64,000 nt of DNA from an uncultured candidatus Porisulfidus sp. (GCA_965116025.1 OZ220480.1:1088001-1152000); one strand, 5' to 3'. Counted from the first letter of the stretch, positions 1 through 8,687 are shown. Numbers and translations: made by a program. Notes: generated by a model from the letters alone, not told the origin.

Positions 1-509
1 TCCGTGACGACGACCGAGAGCGTCGGCCTGTCCGGGCCAACGGCAAGTCCGAGGCTCTTGAGCGCGGCGCCGAGCCGCCCGTCGTCACCGGGCGCCGCGA
101 TTCGGGCGGCGCCAAGACGTCGTTCCGCCCATCTTGGCGTGGCTCCCTGCGCGCACCAGAACGCGGCCGACGCCCGGCCCATGGCGAAGTCGGCCGAGAC
201 GACGCAACCTTTGGCCGCGAGGGAAACGATGGCGGTCTGAACGCTTAGAGCCGAATGTCGCCCCGAAAGCTCAGTGATGATCTCGTGCCGGGTGAGGTTT
301 CCCTCAAGCAAGGGCGCGAGGTCGCGATACAACTCTCCGATCAGAAGAACGCTGGCGGTCTCGGACGCCAGCAACAAGGATCCGTCTTCCGCAATGCGAG
401 AAGTAAGATGAGGAGCCAGCAGTGGTCTTTCGACTATGCCTCGGTCGAATTCGGTGAACCGGCGCGGCGGCGCGAACGCCAGCTTCCATCCCGCTTGATC
501 GACAGACAC
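1..509 (-). CDS. TOMM/cyanobactin-type (PatD/LynD-like) cyclodehydratase, N-terminal RRE/E1-like part; partial, runs off the left edge
   Basis: Manual translation from GTG at 509 is open to base 1: ...RPLLAPHLTSRIAEDGSLLLASETASVLLIGELYRDLAPLLEGNLTRHEIITELSG...VSLAAKGCVVS...AAFWCAQG...LSVVVT(D/E). This follows the PH..LL.E...L.G.LY...PLL.G..T..I / LA.KG / AAFW / VVLTDDY pattern of PatD/LynD N-termini. The YcaO domain itself is not visible. Confidence 0.85.
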   Translation of the reverse strand, partial: MSVDQAGWKLAFAPPRRFTEFDRGIVERPLLAPHLTSRIAEDGSLLLASETASVLLIGELYRDLAPLLEGNLTRHEIITELSGRHSALSVQTAIVSLAAKGCVVSADFAMGRASAAFWCAQGATPRWAERRLGAARIAAPGDDGRLGAALKSLGLAVGPDRPTLSVVVT

Positions 510-579
510 TATGACAGCGCTCCCATGACCGAGCCCCGCGCGAGAGCGCGCGGGGAGACAGGAAGGCGATTCGGCCTCC

Positions 580-873
580 TTACTCGCTTTCTTTGTCCGT
601 CGTCGCGGCGTCCCGATAGGTGGAAGGCGCTGGCAAAAGAATATGGACGAGGTCACTGGTGTTGAAGACGAGTTTCACCTTGGCCCCTTCCGGGAAATCG
701 AAGCCCTCGGCCTTAAGAACGGCAGTCGGGTCGGCATCCATCTTCGCCTTGAAGTCGGGGTCGCCATAGTATTTCGCCACCACGTCCGCATAGAGTTGCT
801 GGCGCTCCTTCAGATCTCCCGATGTAAGAAGATCGGTGACCAAGGCATCAATCTTCTCATTAGGCTTATTCAT
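580..873 (-). CDS. NHLP (nitrile hydratase-like leader) protein without a core peptide
   Basis: DPDFKAKMDADPTAVLKAEG..P.G.KVKLVFNTSDLVHILLP matches the NHLP leader pattern. There is no L..V.GG cleavage motif and no core. An AGGAG RBS lies upstream. Confidence 0.8.
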   Translation of the reverse strand: MNKPNEKIDALVTDLLTSGDLKERQQLYADVVAKYYGDPDFKAKMDADPTAVLKAEGFDFPEGAKVKLVFNTSDLVHILLPAPSTYRDAATTDKESE

Positions 874-909
874 GTTAGTCTCCTTTATTCTCTGTTAATT
901 GTGAAAGTT

Positions 910-937
910 CCGCGCTCCCGGTCTCCCGGGAGCGCGG
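910..937. terminator. 12-bp GC stem-loop downstream of precursor 1 (partial terminator or mRNA stabiliser)
   Basis: CCGCGCTCCCGG-TCTC-CCGGGAGCGCGG, directly after the precursor stop codons. Confidence 0.6.
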
Positions 938-947
938 CGATGCCTTA

Positions 948-1364
948 CTAGCTGGCGCTACCCGCGGTGCCGGCGGTGCCGGCCGTGGAGAATGAGCTGA
1001 AAAACGTGCTGGTCTGGAAGGTGCTGGCCGAGCTGACGCTCCCCGCGCTGCCAGCCGTGGCGCCTCCTGACACCGCGCTCAAGCTCTCGTCCGCCAAGCC
1101 CGTATTCGGGTCGGGCGGCAAGATGAAATGCACGACTTCATCCGTGTTCGCGACCACATCGACTTGCATGCCGGTTACGGGAACATCGAACCCGAATGCC
1201 GCGTACACCTCGCTGCCGCTGGCCTTATCGATCTCGACGCGGAAATCCTCGTCGCTCCGATAACGGTCAGCCGCCTCGAGGAATCGCTCGTAGCTTTTCG
1301 TGTATGTTCCCATCGCCGTTGGCGACATATCGATATTTTCAAAAAAATTTCCTGCGGCGTTCAT
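948..1364 (-). CDS. NHLP-leader RiPP precursor 1
   Basis: Leader ends VHFILPPDPNTGLADESLSAVSGG. Core is ATAGSAGSVSSASTFQTSTFFSSFSTAGTAGTAGSAS. Start placed at ATG 1364 behind an AGGAG RBS. Confidence 0.9.
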   Translation of the reverse strand: MNAAGNFFENIDMSPTAMGTYTKSYERFLEAADRYRSDEDFRVEIDKASGSEVYAAFGFDVPVTGMQVDVVANTDEVVHFILPPDPNTGLADESLSAVSGGATAGSAGSVSSASTFQTSTFFSSFSTAGTAGTAGSAS

Positions 1365-1433
1365 AATTTTTTTCTCCTGGAGTTTTTGTCCGAAAGGATA
1401 GTTACTGGACATCCGATGACGTCGCGCGACGCG

Positions 1434-1823
1434 TCAGCCGGCTGATCCTGCCGATCCAACGGTGGACGCGCTGCCAAGACTGGAAAAGGAAGTGAAAGTG
1501 AGGAAGGTGCTCGCCGACCCGACAGTGCCGGCCGTGCTGGCCGTGCTGCCGCCGGAAATCTGGCTCAACTGCTCGTCCGCCAGATCACTGTTCGGATCGG
1601 GCGGCATGACGAAGTGCACCAGCTCATCGGAATCCATCAGAAACTGACAATCGATTCCTTCCAAGCGCGTCATTCCGAACTCGTCGAAGACATCGCTATT
1701 GTCGCCACGGTCAATCCGGTCACGGAAAGCCGCGTCGTTGCGGTAGCGGTCAGAAATGGCGACGATGAGCTCACGACGCTCGTCGTTCAATGTCATTTCC
1801 TGCATGAATTGTTCGCTTTTCAT
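1434..1823 (-). CDS. NHLP-leader RiPP precursor 2
   Basis: Leader ends VHFVMPPDPNSDLADEQLSQISGG. Core is STASTAGTVGSASTFLTFTSFSSLGSASTVGSAGSAG. Confidence 0.9.
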   Translation of the reverse strand: MKSEQFMQEMTLNDERRELIVAISDRYRNDAAFRDRIDRGDNSDVFDEFGMTRLEGIDCQFLMDSDELVHFVMPPDPNSDLADEQLSQISGGSTASTAGTVGSASTFLTFTSFSSLGSASTVGSAGSAG

Positions 1824-2167
1824 TAGCTTGCTCCATGTCGATTATGGACTCCCATTCTATACCATGTTCCCATGCGCATGCGAGAGGGCATTGGGACTAA
1901 ATGCAGGATGGCGCGTCACTCCGCTGGTGGCGACTGATAGAGACGATCCGGGGCGGGGGTGGGTTCTCGGATCATAGAGTTTCGGCTTTATCGAGCTCGT
2001 TGCGCGTCGGGCCTCGCTCACCGCGCCAACGGATTGATAGGGTCCGGCCTTCGGCCCTTCTGACCTTGTGGAGACGTGGGGGCGCGACGGGCGATTCTGA
2101 TCTGAGCGAATCTGTTCTGTGAGGAACCGGAGGCCGCGCGCAGGCAGGTTCGGATAGGCGAGGCCGT

Positions 2168-4681
2168 TCATGCTGGGTGGACGCTCGCCAGACGCGCGAA
2201 GGCGACGGCAAGCGCGGGAGTTCCGTCTATCCCCGAAAGATCGTGCCGATCATCGATCCATCTCTCGGCGAACCAGCTTTCCAGTTGATCGCGGTCTCGC
2301 CTCATGCGCGTCGCTGCCCGCCGGTCGGCGCAGACCGGCTCCGCATGGTTGGGGTCCAACCAAGGAGCGAGGCGGGGCAGGGCCGAAGGCGCATAAGGTC
2401 GTTGCGGTCCATGCCTCTCTGGAACCGTGCCGCCGAGGGCCAGCGCCGCGTCCTTCCAGCCAGCGAGGCCGGACACGAAATCGCTCCCGGACCGCATCCA
2501 CGCTTCTTTTTCCAAAGCACTTCGGTACACCATTCGCGCGTCCTCCCGCAGACAGGGCTCGCGCGCCAGCACTTGCAGGAGTCCGCCAACGCCGACCGCG
2601 TATCCGACTCCCATGTCTTGGCTGAAGTTCATGGATTCGGCATAATCGCGCGCCGCTCCCCTCAGTGTTTCGCGCGCGATAGCCGCCAAGTCCGTGCGGC
2701 CGAGCCTTTCGCCCAGCTCCAGCAGCGCCCGAGCGATTCCCGCGCGGCCCGAGAGAATATCGATGGAGAGTGGTGCCAGAAAACGCCTTCCGAAGTGAAC
2801 ATCATGCATCATGCCGATCCAGGTCGGGTACCCGCAATCGTTCGTCACGGCCAAATCCTGAACTTCGGTAGCGATCTGGTCCGCCCAAGCCAGAAGATCC
2901 CCCGGTTCCGCGGGAGCCGCCTGGCCACGAACCGGGGTTCGCCGTGGCGGATTGGCGGCGCGCGCGGAGAACGATGAGCGCAACCACGCCAGCCGCTCTC
3001 GGTCGGTCGCCTCGGTCATGGTTCCGAACGCGGCGCGCATGGTGGCTATCGCGTCTTCCTCGAAAGCGTCCCGCCGCGCCTCGCCCTCCACTCCCAGAAG
3101 GTCTCGAGAGGCCGGAGCGGTCAGGAACAGTGGAATGTCGAGACGGCGCATGTCGCGCACTGCCGCCTCGCGGAGCGCGCCGGACAACCCGGCATAGCGA
3201 GGCAACATCTTGTGCAAGGCGATCTCGCGCCATACGCCATCCGACAGGGTGCTGGGAAGGAGGGATTCCTGAACGATCCGGTAACAGGTCCACGTGTCAA
3301 TGAGGAGGAAGCGAAGCTGCGCGTCCGGCACGCTCTCGAGAGCCGCCAGGATCCGATCTTGCGTCGCCACCGAGCCCAACTCCCGGGAGACTCGGAGATA
3401 GCCGTCCTCAAGAGCGTCGAAATGCGCCGCGCTGTCCGCGAAATCGCCGGACTCGTAACGCGGGGCATATCGGTCTTCTTTCCAGACGAACAGGCCGTCT
3501 TGCTCTACGGCCTTCATCGGCGTGCGGTGTTCCCCTGGTTGGCAGAGGCAACCCAGATCGGTTGGCTCCAGACCTTCCCTGGTCGACATTTGGAGTGGCA
3601 ATATGCCAACGTTGGCGACTCTCATGCTGAAGCTGATTGCGTCCTCGTCAACCAAGCGTCGTATTTGTGGCGGCCACGGCGAGGTCGGCTGTAAAACCGT
3701 TTCGAAATCAACGAACCGCGGCGTGGGGCCGTCGGCGATCAGGTTGTCGAACCAGAAATCGGTCGCGTTCATGGTCTGGAGCAACGCTAGCCACCCGCCG
3801 AGCGCCTGGTAGAACCGGTCGGCGTCTCCGGTGTCGGTGACGGGTCGTGGCGCGTATTCCGTTTCCCAGGCATAGCCCGCGCGCGGTACCGTGGAAGGCG
3901 GCGAGAGATCGACGCTGGAAATCAAGCCGACGATTTCCTGCATCACGCCCGCGATTCGCAGATCCTTAGGTTTGAACACGACCGAGCCATTGGCGAAACG
4001 CAGGATCGCGACCGACCGCCCTCCGGCGTGCGGGTCGCCAAGTCCGTGCTCAATGCTGATCAGCAATCCGGGATCCCCGCCGCCGAAGAAGCGGCTGGAC
4101 AGTTCAGCCCGGTCGTTAGCCGCATGGCGCAGCATCCGAACAAGATCCGAACGCCAGTCGACCATCGCGCGGCCGAGCGCGTAGGCCAGCGCTGGGCTGC
4201 GGGCTAACCTCGCCTCCCAAGTCGATTTCGACACGCCCAGTCTGGCTTCATACCGCATGGTCTGCGTCAGGATCGAGCGGAAGCGCCATTCGAGATGCGA
4301 AATGGCTCCATCCAGCGCGTTGGCGCCGCGCGGCAGACCGTCGGGCCATTCCGCCTCAGCGCAACTCCGCGCCCATGAATAGACATCTGAAAAGGGCGCT
4401 TCGGTATCAGCCAGCCGGCTAAAGATTTCTCGAAAGGCGCGACCCCAGTCCGGCGTGGGGCCCTCAAGGCGGACATCGCCGAATCTCGCCAGATAAGCGT
4501 CCAAAGACAGCCCTAGGGTCTCGGCATGCGAGCCCAGCGCGCGCCGTGATCCGAATGCCTTGAGAAGCCTGTCCTCGCGGCGAGCCCAGGAGTCGGGGTC
4601 AGTGGGGGTCGAGATGAACGGCCCGTCGCCACCGCGCTCTGGTGGCGGCGACGCCCGAGCGATGAGAATATCGAGATCCAT
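2168..4681 (-). CDS. LanM-like (DUF4135) dehydratase with a truncated/degenerate LanC-like domain
   Basis: GDPHAGGRSV..VFKPKD, TDFWFDNLIA...VDFETVL, RFLLIDT and RLDIPLF motifs of class II dehydratases. The short C-terminal domain lacks the GxAHG/WCxG/CHG motifs. Confidence 0.85.
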   Translation of the reverse strand: MDLDILIARASPPPERGGDGPFISTPTDPDSWARREDRLLKAFGSRRALGSHAETLGLSLDAYLARFGDVRLEGPTPDWGRAFREIFSRLADTEAPFSDVYSWARSCAEAEWPDGLPRGANALDGAISHLEWRFRSILTQTMRYEARLGVSKSTWEARLARSPALAYALGRAMVDWRSDLVRMLRHAANDRAELSSRFFGGGDPGLLISIEHGLGDPHAGGRSVAILRFANGSVVFKPKDLRIAGVMQEIVGLISSVDLSPPSTVPRAGYAWETEYAPRPVTDTGDADRFYQALGGWLALLQTMNATDFWFDNLIADGPTPRFVDFETVLQPTSPWPPQIRRLVDEDAISFSMRVANVGILPLQMSTREGLEPTDLGCLCQPGEHRTPMKAVEQDGLFVWKEDRYAPRYESGDFADSAAHFDALEDGYLRVSRELGSVATQDRILAALESVPDAQLRFLLIDTWTCYRIVQESLLPSTLSDGVWREIALHKMLPRYAGLSGALREAAVRDMRRLDIPLFLTAPASRDLLGVEGEARRDAFEEDAIATMRAAFGTMTEATDRERLAWLRSSFSARAANPPRRTPVRGQAAPAEPGDLLAWADQIATEVQDLAVTNDCGYPTWIGMMHDVHFGRRFLAPLSIDILSGRAGIARALLELGERLGRTDLAAIARETLRGAARDYAESMNFSQDMGVGYAVGVGGLLQVLAREPCLREDARMVYRSALEKEAWMRSGSDFVSGLAGWKDAALALGGTVPERHGPQRPYAPSALPRLAPWLDPNHAEPVCADRRAATRMRRDRDQLESWFAERWIDDRHDLSGIDGTPALAVAFARLASVHPA

Positions 4682-5311
4682 GGTCTGCTCGCGCGAAGAT
4701 CCTAGTTCGGGTCAGTCATCGAACGGGACGTGGTGAATGCTATTATCCGGCGGTTCGAGAGGTCGGGCAGCGTTTGGGGAACGATGGAGGCGCGTGCGAT
4801 GCGCCGACCCCTGGCCCCATCCGTCGCGAGATTCGCCTAAGGTCACCATGATAGCGTCATCAATTTTGCGCGGACACTTCGCGCGCGCGGGCCTTGATCT
4901 CCGAATCTTAAAGGGAGGGAGGTCGTCCCGGCCGGCACCGATTCCACCAAGGGAATCCGGTGGAATGGATGTGTGAAAGATTACATCCATCGCATTGGGT
5001 GAAGCGAAAAACCACCAACCGAGAGTTCCATCATTATATGCCGAGCTCCGCCTCCCGGTATCGTCATCACCGACGACGAGAAGATGAGCCGCGTCAGCCT
5101 TGATGTCTTGTTGCGGAACCTGCTGGGCTGGACGCGGGTTCCGCGCGACCTTCCGCGCGCCTTGTCGGAGCCGTCGTGGAGCTGGACCAGCGGCGGGTGT
5201 TGTCGACCCCGCTGTCGCGCAACCAACTGGATAGCCGAACGCGGCTCGAACAGGGACGATCTGTGAGGAGAACGAGGGCCTGCGCGAGCTGGTGTGCCGA
5301 AGTTGATTTGG

Positions 5312-6691
5312 TCACGTTTTCCCGCGTTGTCGGATGAAATCCAGAAAATACCGGATCCACGGGAATCGATCCGTATGACGAAGATGGCTATAGCTCGCGA
5401 GCAGATTGCCCAGAACCAGTCCGTCCACTCCTTCAGTGGTGCCGCTCCCCCGGCGGACCTTCCATCCCCACGCGATGCCATCGCCCAGATTCTCTAGGCG
5501 CGAATGGTGAAATTCGTGCGCGGGCGCCTGCAGCCCTGATGGGATATTGGGCCACGGGATATCGGCGGTGGCTTCCAGCTCTACCAGTCCCCGTCCCTGC
5601 GGGCGTGAATCCATGACGCAGTCGCCCGGGATGATTCCCGCCATTCTGTGGGTCTGGCCGTCATGGGAGATTCCTCGGGACAGATACATCAGTCCGCCGC
5701 ATTCGGCGTAGACTGGCAGTTCGGCCGCGACGCGCTCGCGCAAGGACTCGAGCATCGACGCGTTGGCCGCTAGGGCCTCGGCCTGGGTTTCTGGAAACCC
5801 GCCGCCAATCCACAGGCCGTCCACCTCGGGGAGGCTGGCGTCGCGCAGCGTGTCGAACGGGACGAGTTCCGCGCCCAGCAGGGCGAATCGCTCCAGATCG
5901 TCCGCGTAATAGAATCCGAACGCGGCGTCTCGAGCGTAGCCGACGCGCAGGTCTGGCGCTGGCGTGGACGCCGAGGGCCGCTTCGCTTTCGCGCCTTCCT
6001 CTGGGTCGCCCGCCAATCTGAGCAATTTCTCGACATCGACGCTCTGGGCGATGACTTGGCCCATTCTCTCGATTCTTTGGTCCGCGTCGGCTTGCTCCGC
6101 GCGAGCGACAAGCCCGAGGTGGCGCTCCGCGAGATGCATGTCCGGGGATCTTCCGATGGCGCCCAGGACCGGCAGGTCGGTATGCTGCTCCAAGGCATGG
6201 ACGAGCTTGGATTCGTGGCGGCTGCCGCCGGTTCGGTTCAGCAGGATGCCGGCCCATGGCAGGTCAGGGTCGAAGCGCTGGTAGCCGAGGACCAATGGCG
6301 CGACGCCGCGGGCCATTCCCTCGCAGTTCAGCGCGAGCGCGACGGGCGCCCGCAGAAGTTTGGCGAGGGCGGCGTTGCTGTCGGACCCATCCTCCGCCAT
6401 GCCGTCGAACAGTCCGTGGTTGCCCTCGATCAGAGCGTAGTCCGCGGTGAAGCGCCGGGCGGCGGTTTCCAGTATCTCCCGGCTCGTTTGCGTGTTGTAG
6501 TCTAGGTTGTAGCAAGGAAGTCGGGCGGCGCGGGATAGCCACATTGGATCAATGTAGTCTGGTCCTTTCTTGAAAGGCTGGACGGTTTCGCCGGCCCGGG
6601 CGAGCTCATGCAGCAGGCCGATGGCGAGACAGGTCTTGCCGCTGGATTTTCGGATCGCTGACAGGTAGATCCGGCGATTCTGGCCGGTCAT
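5312..6691 (-). CDS. dsrN: Siroheme amidase DsrN (cobyrinate a,c-diamide synthase family)
   Basis: SSGKT, FKKGPDYIDP, IEGNHGLFDG, AECGGLMYL and HEFH motifs; position at the end of the dsr operon. Confidence 0.9.
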   Translation of the reverse strand: MTGQNRRIYLSAIRKSSGKTCLAIGLLHELARAGETVQPFKKGPDYIDPMWLSRAARLPCYNLDYNTQTSREILETAARRFTADYALIEGNHGLFDGMAEDGSDSNAALAKLLRAPVALALNCEGMARGVAPLVLGYQRFDPDLPWAGILLNRTGGSRHESKLVHALEQHTDLPVLGAIGRSPDMHLAERHLGLVARAEQADADQRIERMGQVIAQSVDVEKLLRLAGDPEEGAKAKRPSASTPAPDLRVGYARDAAFGFYYADDLERFALLGAELVPFDTLRDASLPEVDGLWIGGGFPETQAEALAANASMLESLRERVAAELPVYAECGGLMYLSRGISHDGQTHRMAGIIPGDCVMDSRPQGRGLVELEATADIPWPNIPSGLQAPAHEFHHSRLENLGDGIAWGWKVRRGSGTTEGVDGLVLGNLLASYSHLRHTDRFPWIRYFLDFIRQRGKT

Positions 6692-6754
6692 GGTTCGGCT
6701 TAGCTGGCCGGCTTGGGGTCCGATGGGTTCTTGGGGAGAACGTCCCGCGCGCCG
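6673..6754. repeat. Diverged direct repeat, copy A (dsrP 3' end plus dsrN start)
   Basis: About 85% identical by eye to 7460-7542 (11 mismatches, 1 gap). Confidence 0.9.
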
Positions 6755-6974
6755 GGCCAGGCGAGGCGGGAACGAGCGTCGCGAGGTCGGGATCGCGTTT
6801 TCCTCGCGCAGGGGTTCGCCCGGGGCGTCCCCGGTCGGTCGGATGACGGCGTCTCCCTCGCGTCGCGCGCCTTCCGGCTCGGTTCGTTTTCCGCCATTGC
6901 CGATGGCCCTTTTATGCTCCGCTCAACGTGAAAGGTTCGCGCTCTCGGTCTCCTAGGAGCGCGGCGATACCTTA

Positions 6975-7375
6975 CTAGCAGGCGCTGCCCGCGGCGCTGG
7001 CCGTGATGCCCACGGCGTGGCGGAGGATCTCGCGCCTAGGCCTAGTACGTGCTGAGGCTACCTGTGGCGACCGTGCCGAACGAGCTACCGCCGGAAATCT
7101 GGCTCAACTGCTCGTCCTCCAGATCGCTGTTCGGATCGGGCGGCATGACGAAGTGCACCATTTGATCGGAATCCACAAGAAACCGATAATCGATTCCTTA
7201 CCAAGCGCGTTATTCCGAATTCGTCGAAGACATCGTCGCTGTCGCCACGGTCAATCCGATCACGGAAAGCCGCGTCATTGTGGTAGCGGTCAGACATGGC
7301 GACGATGAGCTTATAGCGTTCGTCGTTCAACGTCATTTCCTGCGTGAATTGATCGTTGTTCATCAGCTGCTCCAT
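6975..7375 (-). pseudogene. Decayed NHLP precursor copy
   Basis: The leader is a close paralogue of precursor 2 with an extra A at 7200. The corrected frame reads ...DPNSDLEDEQLSQISGG-SSFGTVATGSLSTY*. An out-of-frame tail ITASAAGSAC** and the downstream DNA resemble the 3' end and hairpin of precursor 1. Confidence 0.85.
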
Positions 7376-7459
7376 GGTGGCTATGGGCTAGCATGGTATC
7401 ACTTCTTTCATGCGCCCGCAAGGAAGGATTCGGACTCGATCTCCGAGCTGATCGATTCT

Positions 7460-7542
7460 GGCGATTCGGGCCAGCCATGGCTCAGGCCTAGCCGGCCGGC
7501 TTGGGGTCCGACAGGTCCTCGGGGAGAACGTCCAGCGCGCCG
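7460..7542. repeat. Diverged direct repeat, copy B (functional dsrP end plus dead dsrN start)
   Basis: Aligns with 6673-6754. Confidence 0.9.
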
Positions 7543-8687
7543 AGTCCGGCGACGGTGATGATCAAGGCGATTCCGATCCCGGTGACGCCGAGCAGGAACT
7601 CCCAGACGCTTGGAGCGTAGGACGCGACCACGCCGTCAAAGAACGAGCTGCTCTCTTCCATGCCGGGAAACAGGACCAGGGGATAGGCTTGTCCGCCGAT
7701 GATGATGACGTATAGCTGGATCAAGCCGCCGGTGACGACGAGGCCGGCTCCGACCAGCGCGCTGACGCGGCATCGTCGGGTCTTTGGGGAGTAGAACAGG
7801 GCGAGCGGCGCGATGGAGCCGAGGCCGATCTGGCCGATCCAGAAGAGTTTCGAGTACAGGCTCTCGAAGTTCAGGATGAACGCCTCGAAGCCATGGTGCT
7901 CGGTGGCGTAGAGATTGGTCAGATGGTAGGCCAGAACGAAATACAACACCGCGGAGACGAACAGGGCGAGCAGGTTCTTCAGGCGGAACAGCAGAGAGTC
8001 GCCAAGGGTCCGTCCCGAGCCGCGACAGACCGCGGCCAGGACCAGCAAGAACGTGGCGGCGCCGAACGAGAACGACATGATGATGAACAAGGGGGCCATG
8101 ATAGCCGCGTCGTATCCTTGGCGGGCGACCAGAAAGCCGAAGATGGCCCCGGTGCCGGTAGTCAGGATGAGGCGCCACAGCAAGGCGAGCGTGCCGGCGG
8201 CCCGGGTCCAGCGGGAGAGAGCGGGCTGGAACAGCACGGACAGGTAGAGGGCGATCACGGCGAGCAAGCCGGTGTACAGGAAGATGTTCCAGGCGAAAAT
8301 CGACTTGAAGTTGTAGTAGGTCATGGCCACGATCAGCCGATCCGGGCGGCCGAGATCCAGCACCAGAATGGCGAGGCCACCGATCAGCAGTCCCGCGGCC
8401 AGGAGCCCGGACAGGCGGGCCAGCGGCTTGTAGGCCGGCTGGCCGAACACGGAGGCGATGGAGGCGACGTTCAGCGCGCCGGAGGCGGCGACGATCAGGA
8501 ACACGGCGAAGACGTGCGGGATTCCCCATACGACCTGATTGTTCATGCCGGTGATCCAGTGGCCTTCGCGCTCCAGATGGAGGAATCCGGCCAGTCCGGC
8601 CAGAACGGTCGCGGCCAGGATCGCGAGCAGACCCCAGTAGCCGCGGTCGGCGTTCAGCGCGGCGTAGCGGGTGGTGGCCAAGCTCAT
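7488..8687 (-). CDS. dsrP: DsrP, NrfD/PsrC-type membrane subunit
   Basis: TGMNNQVVWGIPHVFAVFLIVAASGALN and LDLGRPDRL motifs; multiple TM segments; ATGA overlap with dsrO. Confidence 0.93.
   Translation of the reverse strand: MSLATTRYAALNADRGYWGLLAILAATVLAGLAGFLHLEREGHWITGMNNQVVWGIPHVFAVFLIVAASGALNVASIASVFGQPAYKPLARLSGLLAAGLLIGGLAILVLDLGRPDRLIVAMTYYNFKSIFAWNIFLYTGLLAVIALYLSVLFQPALSRWTRAAGTLALLWRLILTTGTGAIFGFLVARQGYDAAIMAPLFIIMSFSFGAATFLLVLAAVCRGSGRTLGDSLLFRLKNLLALFVSAVLYFVLAYHLTNLYATEHHGFEAFILNFESLYSKLFWIGQIGLGSIAPLALFYSPKTRRCRVSALVGAGLVVTGGLIQLYVIIIGGQAYPLVLFPGMEESSSFFDGVVASYAPSVWEFLLGVTGIGIALIITVAGLGALDVLPEDLSDPKPAG

Noticed and set aside
580-1823. Nitrile hydratase alpha subunits
   Set aside because: No CxxCSC metal-binding motif; two of the three genes have double-Gly leader/core structure.
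948-4681. Classical class II lanthipeptide cluster
   Set aside because: The cores contain no Cys and the LanC-like domain lacks Zn ligands, so lanthionine rings cannot form.
4712-5300. Short ORFs and an ATTCCACC/GGTGGAAT hairpin between lanM and dsrN; also checked for dsrR/dsrS
   Set aside because: No recognisable protein motifs and no IscA-like DsrR seen; the hairpin alone is uninformative.
6700-6897. 65-aa ORF ending like DsrP (DVLPKNPSDPKPAS)
   Set aside because: By-product of the duplicated dsrP end; the rest is not protein-like.
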